A stretch of 63,378 bases of DNA, counting the filler, from Collodictyon triciliatum (lineage: Eukaryota): assembly GCA_043381765.1 (NCBI GenBank). It is 11 parts of 11 records of this genome, joined end to end, with 100 filler letters (N's around TTAATTAATTAA, not from the genome) between each part and the next. Parts side by side here need not be neighbours in the genome. Positions count along the whole stretch, not along the records: positions 46,183 to 51,848 come from JBHJMP010005032.1; positions 51,949 to 57,614 come from JBHJMP010005033.1; positions 57,715 to 63,378 come from JBHJMP010005034.1; 8 more parts are not named here. One strand, written 5' to 3'. This document shows positions 51,484 through 63,378 of the stretch, piece after piece. How positions within the stretch are numbered: the stretch's first letter is position 1; each line of letters opens with the position of its first letter. The notes below the pieces were generated by a model. That model had not been told where the DNA came from, made no database searches, and saw only the letters and a program-made list of their open reading frames with translations. A program made the position numbers and the translations under genes.

Positions 51484-53021
51484 GTGGTTTGTTCTGAAAC
51501 CATTTTTTTTTTCATTCATATAGCCAAGAGGCAACTCAGAAAGCACCACGAACATGCCTCTCTAATCCTTATTGATGTTGTTGTTGATGTTGATGTTGAT
51601 GTTGATGTTGATGTTGATGTTGATGTTGATGTTGATGTTGATGTTGATGTTGATGTTGATGGTGATATTATTGTTATTGATGTTGTTATTGTTATTGTTA
51701 ATGATGTTGATGTTGGTATTGATGTTGATATTGATATTGATATTGATATTAATGTGAGTGTTATCATTAGCATTTTTTTAACAATATGCTATGAAAAACA
51801 CATTTTTTTTCGTCCTCGAAGCGATGGGCTTTCCAGGATCAGGTTTGGNNNNNNNNNNNNNNNNNNNNNNNNNNNNNNNNNNNNNNNNNNNNTTAATTAA
51901 TTAANNNNNNNNNNNNNNNNNNNNNNNNNNNNNNNNNNNNNNNNNNNNAAAAAGAAAAAAGAAAAAAGAAAAAAGAAAAAAGAAAAAAGAAAAAGGAAAA
52001 AAAAAGAAAAAGAAAAAGAAAAAGAAGAAAAAGAAGAAAAAGAAAAAAGAAGAAAAAGAAAAAAGAAAAAAGAAGAAAAAGAAAAAAGAAAAAAGAAAAA
52101 GAAAAAAGAAAAAAGAAAAAAGAAAAAGAAAAAAGAAAAAGAAAAAAGAAAAAGAAAAAGAAAAAAGAAAATGCAACGATGAACCACAATCATGGCGTAA
52201 TAAAAAAAAAAAGATAGGGTACCCCACAACACACAATAGAATTACAAAAAAAAAAAAAAAAAATGTAGAATGATTGTCGAGAGAGGAAAAAAACATTCTT
52301 TGCCGAATGCTGCCTTCGTGACGGGCTTAATATTCGCGCCTGAACATATACAAAAGAAAAAAAAGTATTATATATAGTGAAAGACGCTAATGAGCGAACG
52401 TTTTTTTTTTCAGACAGGCGCAACCGCCGCAGAACGCGAGACTTCTGTCGTGGTTTTTTTTTCTTTTTTGAAGGGTATTTGATCGTGGTGGTGGAGTAAA
52501 TTGGTTGAATCGATCGACTTCGGGACTGAAAATGTACGAAGATAATTTGAATAGGCAAAAGAAATAAAGAGGAAAATTACTCGCGGTAGTGTCGCAATAA
52601 ATGGATATTTATTCTCCAGATAAGGCTGTAATTTGGTGGGAACATAAGTTTCAGTGAATTGGGACGAATGTGTAGATGCTCGTTTTGTTAGGGAAGGATG
52701 AGGTATGAAGATTTTGACTTAAATAATCACATACACTTTTCCTTTTTGTGTTTTTTCCACCCTCTTATTACTTCTTACTTTATGGGAACTTATTCTGTGT
52801 GTGCGAATCATCATTTATTGAAGTAGCCCAGCAGATGGTCGAAACGGTTTATCAGCCTTGAATTTTTCGAGCGTGACCGCCGAAGTATTGGCTGGCTACA
52901 ATCTTGTGCTTGGCTGTCGCTCACAGACCCATGTTTTTGCAGAACCATGTCGTAAAGCTGGCAAAAAGTTTGTTCGGGTTATGACCATTTGGACTTATGT
53001 CGAAAGATTTTAAAATTAAAG

Positions 53022-56000
53022 TTATTTGAAAAAAATATAAACTTTCGATAACTGGCAGAAATCTCAACAAGTGATTTCACAAAAGAACCCTACAGTTCAC
53101 CTGGATTATCAATTTTTTTTATTGAAGGGTGTACCTTGTCGACTTCCGCTTCGGTTTTTACCATGACCTGGCGGATGCGTCGAACTCTTTCAAGAGACGT
53201 TTTCACATGTTCATTAACCTTAATCACAGATTTTAAGATGGATTTATTTTTTAAGAAAATTAAAATAGAAGAATGTTCATTTTAATCATTTCATAGAAAT
53301 TTAAATACTGTTGGTTTTTTTTTTTGAAAAATACATTTGCGATGCGCTCGATTTCCTTCTCCTTGTGCATCAATCTCTTTCTGAATGATGACCAAGAGAG
53401 TATTTGCCTGACGACCTGTCAATTTTTTTTTTTTTTTAAAAAAAAAGGTATAAATCGCAAATATTTCGTTGAACTTACATAGACCATGAAATGCTGATTC
53501 GGTTCTTGGTTAATGATTTCTGATTTAAACATATCAAAAATAAATAACTGAAAATGTCAAACTTTAGTATGTTCTTGTCGGGAAAGTTGTGGGGTCTTAT
53601 AGGCTCTCCAAACAGATTGAATTACCAAGGCTGCATTTTCAGGCAAATGTTTTGTCGCCTCGCTCTACGGGGTTATTTAAAAATCGAGAAATGAATAAAA
53701 CGATTAAAACAAAAGCATGATATTTGAGATGATTCAAAATGAATGGCAAGTCTGTGCTAAATTAGACCTTTTTTAAAAAGGTTGTTATAAAAGCCTGTGG
53801 GCGTGTCAAAATGAGTGTTCTTTTCACCACACTTATCAAGAGAGCACTATTGATGGCGCCCCACAGCCATCCTGGTCAAGAAATGAAATATACCTCCATT
53901 TAGATTCTTATTCGTTTCACGTCGCGATAAGTTGAAAAAGAAATGATTCAGTTGCAAATATGATTAAGTGGATTATGCATATCAGAAACCTATGAAAACA
54001 AAAGCCCTCGCGCAATATGTCTGGACAGTAACGTCACCATAACCGATGGTTGTAATCGAAACATAAATCATCCATACAGTCTCTGAAAAGTTCTTTTGCG
54101 GGGTAAGGGGATTGTTGTGCTCGCAAAGGCGAACTCCATACGCAGCAAACAAAATGTTGAATAGGATGGACTATAGTTCATAATGAAGCATCATCAGTAA
54201 TTAGGAAAAGAATGGCATATCCTTGTTCAATAATATGATGCACTTACAATAGGTAGGAAGAAGAACGGATACAGGTGAAGCGATGCTTTCAACGCAAATG
54301 ATGATGAAGTTTGTACATTGTTAAGTTTTCCAGAAAGTTCGACAGGCCGTAAATGAAATCCCATACTGAATTTGATTGTTCGATCTAATATTCACAAACA
54401 CAAGAGCTAAGAAAGCGATTTTTCTATTACCAAGTAAATACTAGCATATAAAAAAAGTTTGATGCAATAGGTATATAATCGCTACTGACATAAAAGATAC
54501 GCCCGAAATAGCATAATTGCACCAAGAATGTTATCGATGTTATACCGCACTGACCCAAGAGCACCTGTTATGTAGGGTTGTATCGCTTAACAAATTCAGA
54601 ATACCCATAAATACTCATCAAGCGACAATAGAAAAAATTAACGGAATACATACGCATGTTCAATTCCACATGGTGGTTCACAAAAGGAAGGGGATGTATT
54701 AAAATAATCATAGTCTCCAAAATAGCATCCTGGATATACTTTGATGGTAAACTGGCATCTGTTGAATTTTTAAAATCCATATATCTACGTGAAAAAAATA
54801 CTTGGCATCTCCTCTCCTTTGGTACAAAATAAATATAAAAGTAAAAATAAAAAAAAAACCGAAATCAGTATACCTTCAATCAGCCGCGAACCTCGAAGTC
54901 GAACCACCTCTTGACGAGTTCTGTAGTATGCATAAACGAAGTACACTAGCAGGCATCGAATACAAAAGTAGATAATATAAATTGATTCATACGGATGTTA
55001 TTCATACAATAATAAAATGCGATGAGTATTGTCTGATTTTAATATTACACCTGTGATTAAAGTTGATATTGATATTAAGATTTTGATGATATCTGTCTCG
55101 CTTGTCGGATTGTTACCATTTGAAAACAGGATTTCGTTCTGCAATAGTTTATAGAATTTAAAGTGCAAATGAAATCAATATATCATCATGAAGATATCCT
55201 GATATAATTTCATTCAATACGAATATAATAAAATGCTAGTTAACGAACAAAAAGAACAAATTACGTACTTCAAGAATCATCAAAAGAACCCCACATAAGG
55301 AGAAAAAATTGATCAGCTTCACGAGGACGGCGAGGCGCTCCGTACGAATGTTTGAACCTCTCAGGTTCTCTTCCAAGTTAAAAGTCAAGTCGCTTCAGCA
55401 ATATAATATACGCATAGTATGTTAATTTTATAAAAGTATTAGTGATAACATAATTCAAATGAATACAAGAGCATGTTTCCAGATTGCACCATCAACAGTC
55501 GAATGAAGAAATGCAAAGAGGAGTATTTTTTCATAAATTATTCTGCCGTAGCCAACAAAAAAAAAACCTAATTTCTTTTGTTATTCGACTGATTTCAGAC
55601 GACATTTGCGTCATCGACCCAGACATGAATTGATTCCATCCACCCCTACAAAGGTATATTTATGATTGTCAATCAAACACCAAATGGAAAATGTCATTCA
55701 TTGCCATGTATGGAGTCGCAAAAAGGACGCCCTCGGGTTATACCACTCTCAAAAAAAAATACAGCATCTTGAAAAAAACCAGATTGATTGCATTATTTTT
55801 TTTTATTATGTTCACTAATATTGAAGAAAAGGATGAATGAGAATGTAGAGGAATAGTTCCACAAACCTAAATAGACCCACCATAGTTCGAAAGCTATCCA
55901 TACGTGATGTATTTTCATGTTGATGTATATAAGGTAAAATTTTCTCAGAAGGAAGGGAGACGGGTTGTATATCATCTGGGTTTAGTTTTCAGAACAAGGA

Positions 56001-56274
56001 GAAAAAAAACCACAAACAAGTTGCGTTAGATTACCTACGACCCATTTATAAAAAAATTATAGAGCAAAATAATATAAAATATATAAGCATAAATAGTAAC
56101 GTAATAATCAAAATAGAAATAAAAAAGAAAAGAAAAAGAAAAAGAAAAAGAAAAAGAAAAAGAAAAAGAAAAAGAAAAAGAAAAAGAAAAAAGAAAAAGA
56201 AAAAGAAAAGGAAAGAAAAGAAAAGAAATAGAAAAAGAAAAGAGAACCATAGTCTTACTGAAATCTTGTTCCAT
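53022..56274 (-). CDS. Small-conductance Ca2+-activated K+ channel (SK/KCNN-like)
   Basis: S1-S2 GVLLMILENEI...IKILISISTL, S3 IHPLP, S4 MLFRAYLL, pore WMIYVSITTIGYGD and a calmodulin-binding-like NAALVIQSVWRAYK. The 3' end is uncertain. Confidence 0.9.
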
Positions 56275-58165
56275 TCTGAGACTGGCCTGGACTATGACCC
56301 CTGTCGGCAGGCGCTATTCCGGGGCAACCAAAACTAACATGAAACTTAGGTCTCTAGCAAGTTCCTCACTGTTTGCGAATGAATATTTTCTTCTTTCTGG
56401 TTTCTTTTTGCTTCTGTCAAATCGAAACTTCTAACCAGGCGACAAATAAAATTATGTGAGGCTTATGCAGGGTGCAACCCGCTTCTCTGTTCCTCCTTCT
56501 GTTGTTTAATGAGGAAATCGAGCATTTGGCTTTTGCCCCAAAAAGGGAAAAAAATTATCAAAGTCGGGTGCGTTTGTTTGTGTGGTTGTGTTGTCTCAGA
56601 ATTTCTTTCTGTGCCTTTTCGCATGGAAGATTACATGAAAATACTGCGCATTGGGCTCGATTGTTTCCGCGGATGTGTGATGGTCTCGTGCAGTCGTGGC
56701 CAGACCTGTCTTCACGTCGCACCAACGGTCATTGAGGCCCTCGAATTAAAGGCGAGAGAGCACCAAGAACAAGGATTGGATCTGAAAGGATGTATTATTC
56801 GAGCACATTGGTTGACATATCCACATTGATTGTTTGATTGATTGACTATTTATTTATTTATTTGCGGATTTTCGAAGGGTTAATGAAAGGATTTTTTTCT
56901 TGAAGCATACATTTACCTCTTTGTAGATGTGACAATATTTGAAAATTACATGATGATTTCGGAACTGCTATAGATTTTTTTTAAAAAAAAAATAATAATT
57001 GTTAGCACTACTCCACATCAACCAAACGATGTTCTTTCAACCAAGGCTGACGCAGAGTTCAATTGTTGCAGTTAAGGTTGCCAGAAAGTTAATCTAACTG
57101 CTGGCGAGTTGATTGTGGTGATTGGATTTAATCAGAACATGAATGTGCAGGTTTCATAAGCCCACATAAATTTGAAAACGGTGGAAATTAGAATGGTGGA
57201 AGGTTTGCTTTAACTGTATACTTTGGAACACTAAATGATCTAAGAAAAATCACAAATTTTAATACTGCATGAAGAAACTAATGCAATTCTGAGTACAAAA
57301 GATTAAAATTAATAAATTCCAAACATGAATACACATAATTGGAAGCTGTCCAGAATTTTCATTGATATCATCCAAATTTGGATTCAGCTACATATTTTTC
57401 GAAATATTGATTTTCCCGCGTTCTGAGAGACTCTTCGTGACGATGTTTGTTACGATGTCATGCCGTTTGATGACATTTTTTGACATCTTTTGACTACTTT
57501 GAAATCACAAGGCTGGGTGCGCAGTTGTGTCGATTGGGGCTTACTTTGGGCTTTGCGCTTCGATTGCCCGACAGGCTCTGGCTCTGTGTGATTGCAATAA
57601 AATAATTCAAAAAANNNNNNNNNNNNNNNNNNNNNNNNNNNNNNNNNNNNNNNNNNNNTTAATTAATTAANNNNNNNNNNNNNNNNNNNNNNNNNNNNNN
57701 NNNNNNNNNNNNNNTGTTCTTTACTTTTACTTTTACTTTTACTTTTACTTTTACTTTTACTTTTACTTTTACTTTTACTTTTACTTTTACTTTTACTTTT
57801 ACTTTTACTTTTACTTTAACTTTTTTACTTTTACTTTTACTTTTACTTTTACTTTTTACTTTTACTTTTACTTTTTACTTTTACTTTCTATCATATTATA
57901 ATATTTTGTTTTGGTTTTCAGCCACACTGTCATATTTTATGAGTAATACAGTGGAGAGAATGGAAAAACGAGAACTTCATGCACCTTTTTATGTTTTAAA
58001 ATATATTCTCATGCATATGAAAAATAACAGGGTCAAAAATCGTGGACACTAGTGACTTTGCCATCGTAAGTATACTAACAGTTCCTTCGACTTGTTTAAT
58101 TACGAAGTAGAATTCTTTTGGAAAAATTGAAGAAAATATTAGAGTTGAGACAATTGTTTCGATAG

Positions 58166-59978
58166 GATTATGATGAAGACGAAGATGCCGATTTTTTGGC
58201 TGCCTTAGAAGCTTCAAAATTCACGAGTGGTATCACCGAGCGGGACACACGGAAGAGAAATGTCTCAGAAGTAACGATGACGTATTCGTCCGATGACGAT
58301 GCCAAAGCGAAGAAAAAGCCGCACAGAGATGTAATTACTCGAAATTTGCCATCACATTTTTCTTTCTCAAGTAGCGGCGCAATTTCATAGCGACATGATA
58401 ATGAATTACTATTATTACTATTATTACTATTATTACTATTATTACTATTATTACTATTATTACTATTATTACTATTATTACTATTATTACTATCATTACT
58501 ATGATGATTATGATTATTATGATTATTATGATTATTATGATTATTACTATTACTATTACTATCATTACTATCATTACTATCATTACTATGATGATTATGA
58601 TTATTAAAACTTTATTTCAGTATTAATTTGAACCGGGCTCATCTCTCGAATTTGTACTTAGATTCCGAAAGAGTCCACCAGAAATGAAAAACCTGCAACA
58701 CACAGAGATGATGACGATGACGATGACGATGGGTGGCTGAGAACTTTGGGAAGGCATCAGAAGGGAAGAAAGGTAGGGAATGGGGGCGAGGATGATGCTG
58801 ATGGTGAATGGATAAATGAAGCTGAAGAAGTTAAAGAAGCTGAAGAAGTTGAGGAAGTCAAACCAGCGAGGCAAGAGAAACCGAAGATTGGACCAAAGGT
58901 GACTCTTTTTTCTTTTATTTCTTTTTTGGCTCGCTTGAATTGAGCGATTTCTTTTTATGTTTGTGTTCTGTGTCCATTTTTTCCTTTCATGATGTTCCCA
59001 AGGGCACACCACATTTAACATACTTTTTTTTCAATATAAAAGCAATATGTTTCGTGGTATAGTTGTCGCAATCATATTTGAATTGTTTCTCAAATAATAT
59101 ACAAATACTTTATGGCATAGGCTCCGACCACAGCCCTGATGGACGAATGTAATCGCAATGATATATATGGGCCAAATGATTAACACGTCCACATTTCTAT
59201 TATTCTCCTTGAAATATGTCCTGGGCCGAAGGGATTTTTCACCCTCAATTGTTTATTCCCACGCAGTGCGCGTTGTCCTTCCAAGTTTCTTCTCCGGATG
59301 CGTCGCTTATTTCCATAGAATCCCCCACGGTGAATTAGGAATGCTAAAGCGCGCTATCTTTGGTTTTGGAGGGTTTGTTTCTTGACATAATGTTCCAAGA
59401 CCATCAAGTGGGTGGCGCATGTTTTGTACTGCTTTATATAAGCAACTATGTTATTGCCCCAACCTTCTTATGAATGCTAATAGAGAAATAGCTGACTCTC
59501 TCACTCGTGCTGTGACCCACATCATCACACAGCGGAATTGGGAGGAAAGCTACGAGACCGCAACTCTGGAAAACCCTGGTATGTTCTGTAAACTTGCGTT
59601 ATGATTGCGAGCAGAACCAAAAATCGCCTTTCATGTCAAGACTCTTCCTGCTTTGGTGAAAAAAAGACCAGATGCTTTCCCCTATCTATCGCGTTTGTAT
59701 GTGTGTATTGTTTGTGTATGTATGTATGTATGTATGTATGTATGTATGTATGTATGTATGTATGTATGTATGTATGTATGTATGTATGTATGTATGTATG
59801 TATGTATGTATGTATGTATGTATGTGTTGGAATAAAATGCGGTGACGAAAACTGAAAGCATCAAACACACACAGACTTAAAAGTTGTACGCCCTTCGTGG
59901 ATTGTCGACTGTGTCAAGGAAAAGAAGCTCAAATCCGTGATGCCGCACGCAGTGACGCCATTAAATAGACTCCTCTGA
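58166..59978 (+). CDS. XRCC1: XRCC1-like DNA repair protein: acidic linker plus C-terminal BRCT domain (5'-truncated)
   Basis: VLPSFFSG...LKRAIFGFGGEIADSLTRAVTHIITQRNWEESYETATLENPDLKVVRPSWIVDC resembles XRCC1 BRCT2. A ligase-III-type BRCT is the alternative. Confidence 0.7.
59717..59824 (+). repeat. (TATG)n microsatellite, intronic
   Basis: Seen directly. Confidence 0.95.
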
Positions 59979-60445
59979 AAAAGATGCCTTATCCCCACAA
60001 ATATTATTGGTCCTAACAACACCTGTCGAATAAAAAGTATAAACCAATAAAAAAAAAAAAAAAACGACAATGTAAAAAACGCTTCCTGTAGCTTCGCACC
60101 AGGCAATGGCTATCCTTGAGCCTCTCTCTGCCCTTCATATGCGAACCATTTATTCCACATTAGGCATCCAAGTATGAATTCCGCATCAGTCATATTTACA
60201 AGTATTTGTCGGGAATTTATCTTCCAAACACAAAAAGTAGTATAAATACGCCTGCGATAAAACACCAGTCAGTCCAAGCAAAGCCAATTGCCAGAATCGC
60301 TTGGGAATGATCAATCGACCAACCAGCCAGACGACAGGGTCAGCACGCAAGGACACACCTGCTTGCAGACAACGGTTCTTGACAAGCTGTTCGATTTACC
60401 GCCACATAATTAACAGACGCAAACCAAACGAAACTACAACACACG

Positions 60446-61186
60446 ATGCTCGGCAGACGCGCAACCGACCAAGGCTTCAACCAAAAGTGGGAGATCCCGG
60501 TTTTCACCGCCTGCTGCGAGCGCCCAAGTGACTGTGAGCATTACACCGACCAAACCCTGACTTTGCGTGACTGCCCGCGTCTGCTCCACCTCTCAACACA
60601 AAGCATCCCTCTGCTCTTCCGTATGAGCCATTCTCCTTGGAACAGAACAACCTACTTCCTTTCTTCTCACCGCAGGCTGCTATCCTTGTTGCTGCACATG
60701 CTGTCTGATCAGAGACCAGCGCCTAGCCCTGATCGGCGGACCCGACAACTACGTGTGCTGCAATGCTGAGTTCAAGGAGCTCTCCACCTGCTGCAACCCG
60801 TGCACAAAGCCCTGCCCTGAGTTCTGCGCCTGTTGCGAGGGCCTCTGGTGCCCTTGTGTCGCCACTTTTGTCAACCGCGATCTCATCAGGAACAAGCACA
60901 AGATGGAGGTTTGTCCAAGGCACAATCAGCCACTCTCACCTTCTGCTTCTTTTCTTGTTTTCCTTCGCTTGTCTTTTGTTTGCATGAATTACATTTTGGC
61001 GTGATTCTCACCTTACGCACTGACGGACAGCCCACGGATGTGGAGGAGTTTCTCCTCTACCTGACGTGCCTGTTGGAGTTTGCCGGTGTCCACTGCAACG
61101 GATGGCTTGTATGCTGCATGGGAATGCAACACGAGGAGGAGATGAAGAAGCGTGGAGACTACTCTAAGCCCAAGGACATGAAGTAA
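60446..61186 (+). CDS. PLAC8/cornifelin-like cysteine-rich protein, copy A (3 exons, intact)
   Basis: MLGRRATDQGFNQKWEIPVFTACCERPSD/CCYPCCCTCCLIRDQR...CPCVATFVNRDLIRNKHKME/PTDVEE...CCMGMQHEEEMKKR. Confidence 0.8.
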
Positions 61187-61956
61187 ACCAGTCAGCCAAG
61201 ACTCGCCTCCCAGCCGCTTTCATCACCCTTCTCTGATTCAATATAGCTCGCCTACTCACATTCTCTCGCCCCTTTGGGAGTCATTCTGCAGAGCGAAATA
61301 ATTATTAAAAAAAAAAAAAAAAGAGCCGCTCTGAGGACATGTATTAGCGTCTTGCTAGAATCAACTGCGTATGTTTGGAGCGACGAGAGGATATTGACGA
61401 CGCGAGTGCAAGAAATGCCTGCACATAAACGATTCTCTCGCAGTCACTCATGTTATGAACTACTTTTGCTGTGTGACGTTTATATAAGTAAAACATAATG
61501 TATTCGGAGATAAAAAAACGGAGCCTCAATAGAATGACAAATGACCCATCGAGTAGATTCTCCATAAAACTATATATTCCACATACAGTGAATGAGCATA
61601 TCCACATTAGGCAGCCAAGTGGCTAACCCAAAACGTACACGAAAACGGCCCATGCAGCCACACACCTGCCGCCAACGGACACCCTACAAAGCGATAAACC
61701 GCTCCAAACAAGGATATAATGCACAGGAAAGCTGTCTCGGGTAACGAAAAGAAATGGTTCGTGTTAGGTGATCAACTGCAGTTGTTCAACTCCTGCCGAG
61801 AACTGTTACACGACTACCACACCAGACCGACACAGATAGAACGAACTGCCGCGAAGCCGGCACTAGAAGCCGACACTAGATGCCGACTGATTGGGATTAC
61901 ATGTAGTGTCTGTAGGAAAGGAAAGGAAAGGAAAGCAAAGCAAAGCAAAGACGAAG

Positions 61957-62677
61957 ATGCTTGGAAAGTGAGACAGTAACCAAGGCTATGTCCAAAAGTG
62001 GGAGATTCCGGTCTTCATCGCCTGCTGCGAGCGCCCGTGCGATGGTACGAAAGTATAAGCTCATCGAAAAGGCTGGGAGCATTAATGGTAATTCATTCTT
62101 CGCAGCATGAGACGCTGTCTTATTTTCTATGATGCGTGCACTAGTCACATCATCATGTTGTAGGCTGCTATGTCTGTTGGTGCCCATGCTGTCTGATCAG
62201 AGACCAGCGCCTCGCCTTAATCGGAGGGCCTGAAAAGTATGTCTGCTGCAACGGAGAACTCAGAGGACTCTCAACGATGTGGAATTGCTGCACAGACCCT
62301 TGTCCCGGGTTCTGTGCCTGCTGCGAAGGTTGCTGCTGCCCATGCATCGCCACGTTTGCGAACCGTGATATTCTTCGCAGGAAACACAAACTAGAGGTAT
62401 GTCCAGAGCTTCCCAAAGCTTCTGGTTGTTTTCAGCTTCATATGTTGCAGTTCTCCTTTGTCTTAATTTGTGGACGTTTGAGTGTTCTTTTGTTTCAGCG
62501 TCATTTAACCGACTATAGCCCACGGATGTGGAAGAGTCCTTGCTGTACTTGACATGTCTCCTTGAATGTTTGGGCGTTGCCTGCTGCAGCAGATGTTTGG
62601 TGTGCTGCATGGGGATTCAACAGCAAGAGGAGATGCGAAGACGTGGAGACTATGGCCATACTCAACAGATGACTTAG
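61957..62677 (+). pseudogene. PLAC8-like copy B: tandem paralogue with an in-frame TGA at codon 5, otherwise intact
   Basis: Same three-exon structure and intron phases as copy A. It begins ATG CTT GGA AAG TGA GAC, with the TGA at 61969-61971. Confidence 0.7.
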
Positions 62678-62965
62678 GAAGTGGAGTATATGAAATCTTC
62701 CATGAATCTCAGCGAGAAACACCATAACCCTCACTTCCTCTGTATAGCGTCTATCTCTCGCTAAGGGTTGAATAAAATAAACTGTTTCATAACAGTGCCT
62801 ACCAAATCCTTCCTTGTCCTCTATTGCGCAATTAGTCACCGCTGGTGCTACTATCATGCGTAGCAAGTCCTTATTGTATCTTCGCTGATTTAACAACACC
62901 GCTCAAGATTTCCATAATTTCTAGAATGCTCCTGCTTCTCATTAGAAATCGCGAGTTGCTCATAG

Positions 62966-63289
62966 TCGAAGGCTTTGCAAGTTGCAGCCAGCCCTTCTGG
63001 TTCCAACGCTGGTGCGGAAAACCCCCGAATCGCACATAAGCCTAGGAAGACCCGTGCAAGGAAGCCGCCGGCAAGTCTGTCTGAGCGGACAGTATTTTTG
63101 CATGATGTCGAGCAAGTCGTTTACAACAAAAACAAGGCCCGCAGAATCACAGATGCGCTCGCCTCCTACTTGAAAGCGAACAAACTTTGGGAAGAGTCCG
63201 TCCGATTGCGCTTACCAGACAGCGAAGGTCTTTGACTCATTGCCTTCCACACTGCAGAGAACGCCCGAAAGCTTCTAGGGCTGAAGCAG
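62966..63289 (+). CDS. Hypothetical protein, partial
   Basis: An open frame of about 87 codons (…LSERTVFLHDVEQVVYNKNKARRITDALASYLKANKLWEESVRL…) and a short exon ending CAG|GTAAGT. No family recognised. Confidence 0.35.
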
Positions 63290-63378
63290 GTAAGTTTGAT
63301 CGATATTACGATCAGCTTCAGCAGAAGTAAACCAACAGAGACCTCGGTCATGATCTACCAACTACCGCTGGACGTGTG

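Noticed and set aside
56623-56973. Possible two-exon ORF of about 70 aa (MEDYMKILRIG…)
   Set aside because: It is short and has no recognisable motif, so I cannot support it as a gene.
62700-62775. SECIS-like ATGAA...AGCGAGA-AA...TCTCGCT...TGAA hairpin downstream of the TGA-containing gene
   Set aside because: The AA-to-GA distance is about 50 nt, well beyond canonical SECIS spacing, there is no helix I, and the TGA aligns with Arg rather than Cys.

Overview
This window is not one locus. It is 11 unlinked eukaryotic scaffolds of about 5.67 kb, sorted by decreasing length and joined by artificial N44-TTAATTAATTAA-N44 spacers. The DNA is AT-rich, intron-dense and full of microsatellites, and the standard genetic code fits every gene model I built by hand. 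Gene content (inner-arm axonemal dynein, mitochondrial-type IleRS, RhoGAP, TRIM-NHL, SHAQKYF Myb) points to a flagellated, mitochondriate protist, but I cannot name the species. Manually spliced genes, most cut by scaffold ends: WDR41-like, Tctex-1, IleRS, a dynamin-related GED, a CaMK1-like kinase, a DUF4129/NICE-3-like protein, SHAQKYF Myb, syntaxin-16, a 4xPH-BCH-RhoGAP, a RING-Bbox-NHL gene with a frameshift, a degenerate membrane nucleotidyl cyclase, a helical protein with EF-hands, a DNAH1-like dynein, an SK-type K+ channel, an XRCC1-like BRCT protein and two tandem PLAC8-like genes, one with an in-frame TGA. Also present are tRNA-Glu(TTC) and a decayed R4-clade non-LTR retrotransposon. 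The most novel signal is a dispersed 23-30 nt element (T-run-GAATCGAATAAAGG-A-run) found on several unlinked scaffolds and flanked by 15-17 bp target-site duplications, perfect in two copies and decayed in others. It looks like a tiny retroposon or a stereotyped insertion footprint.
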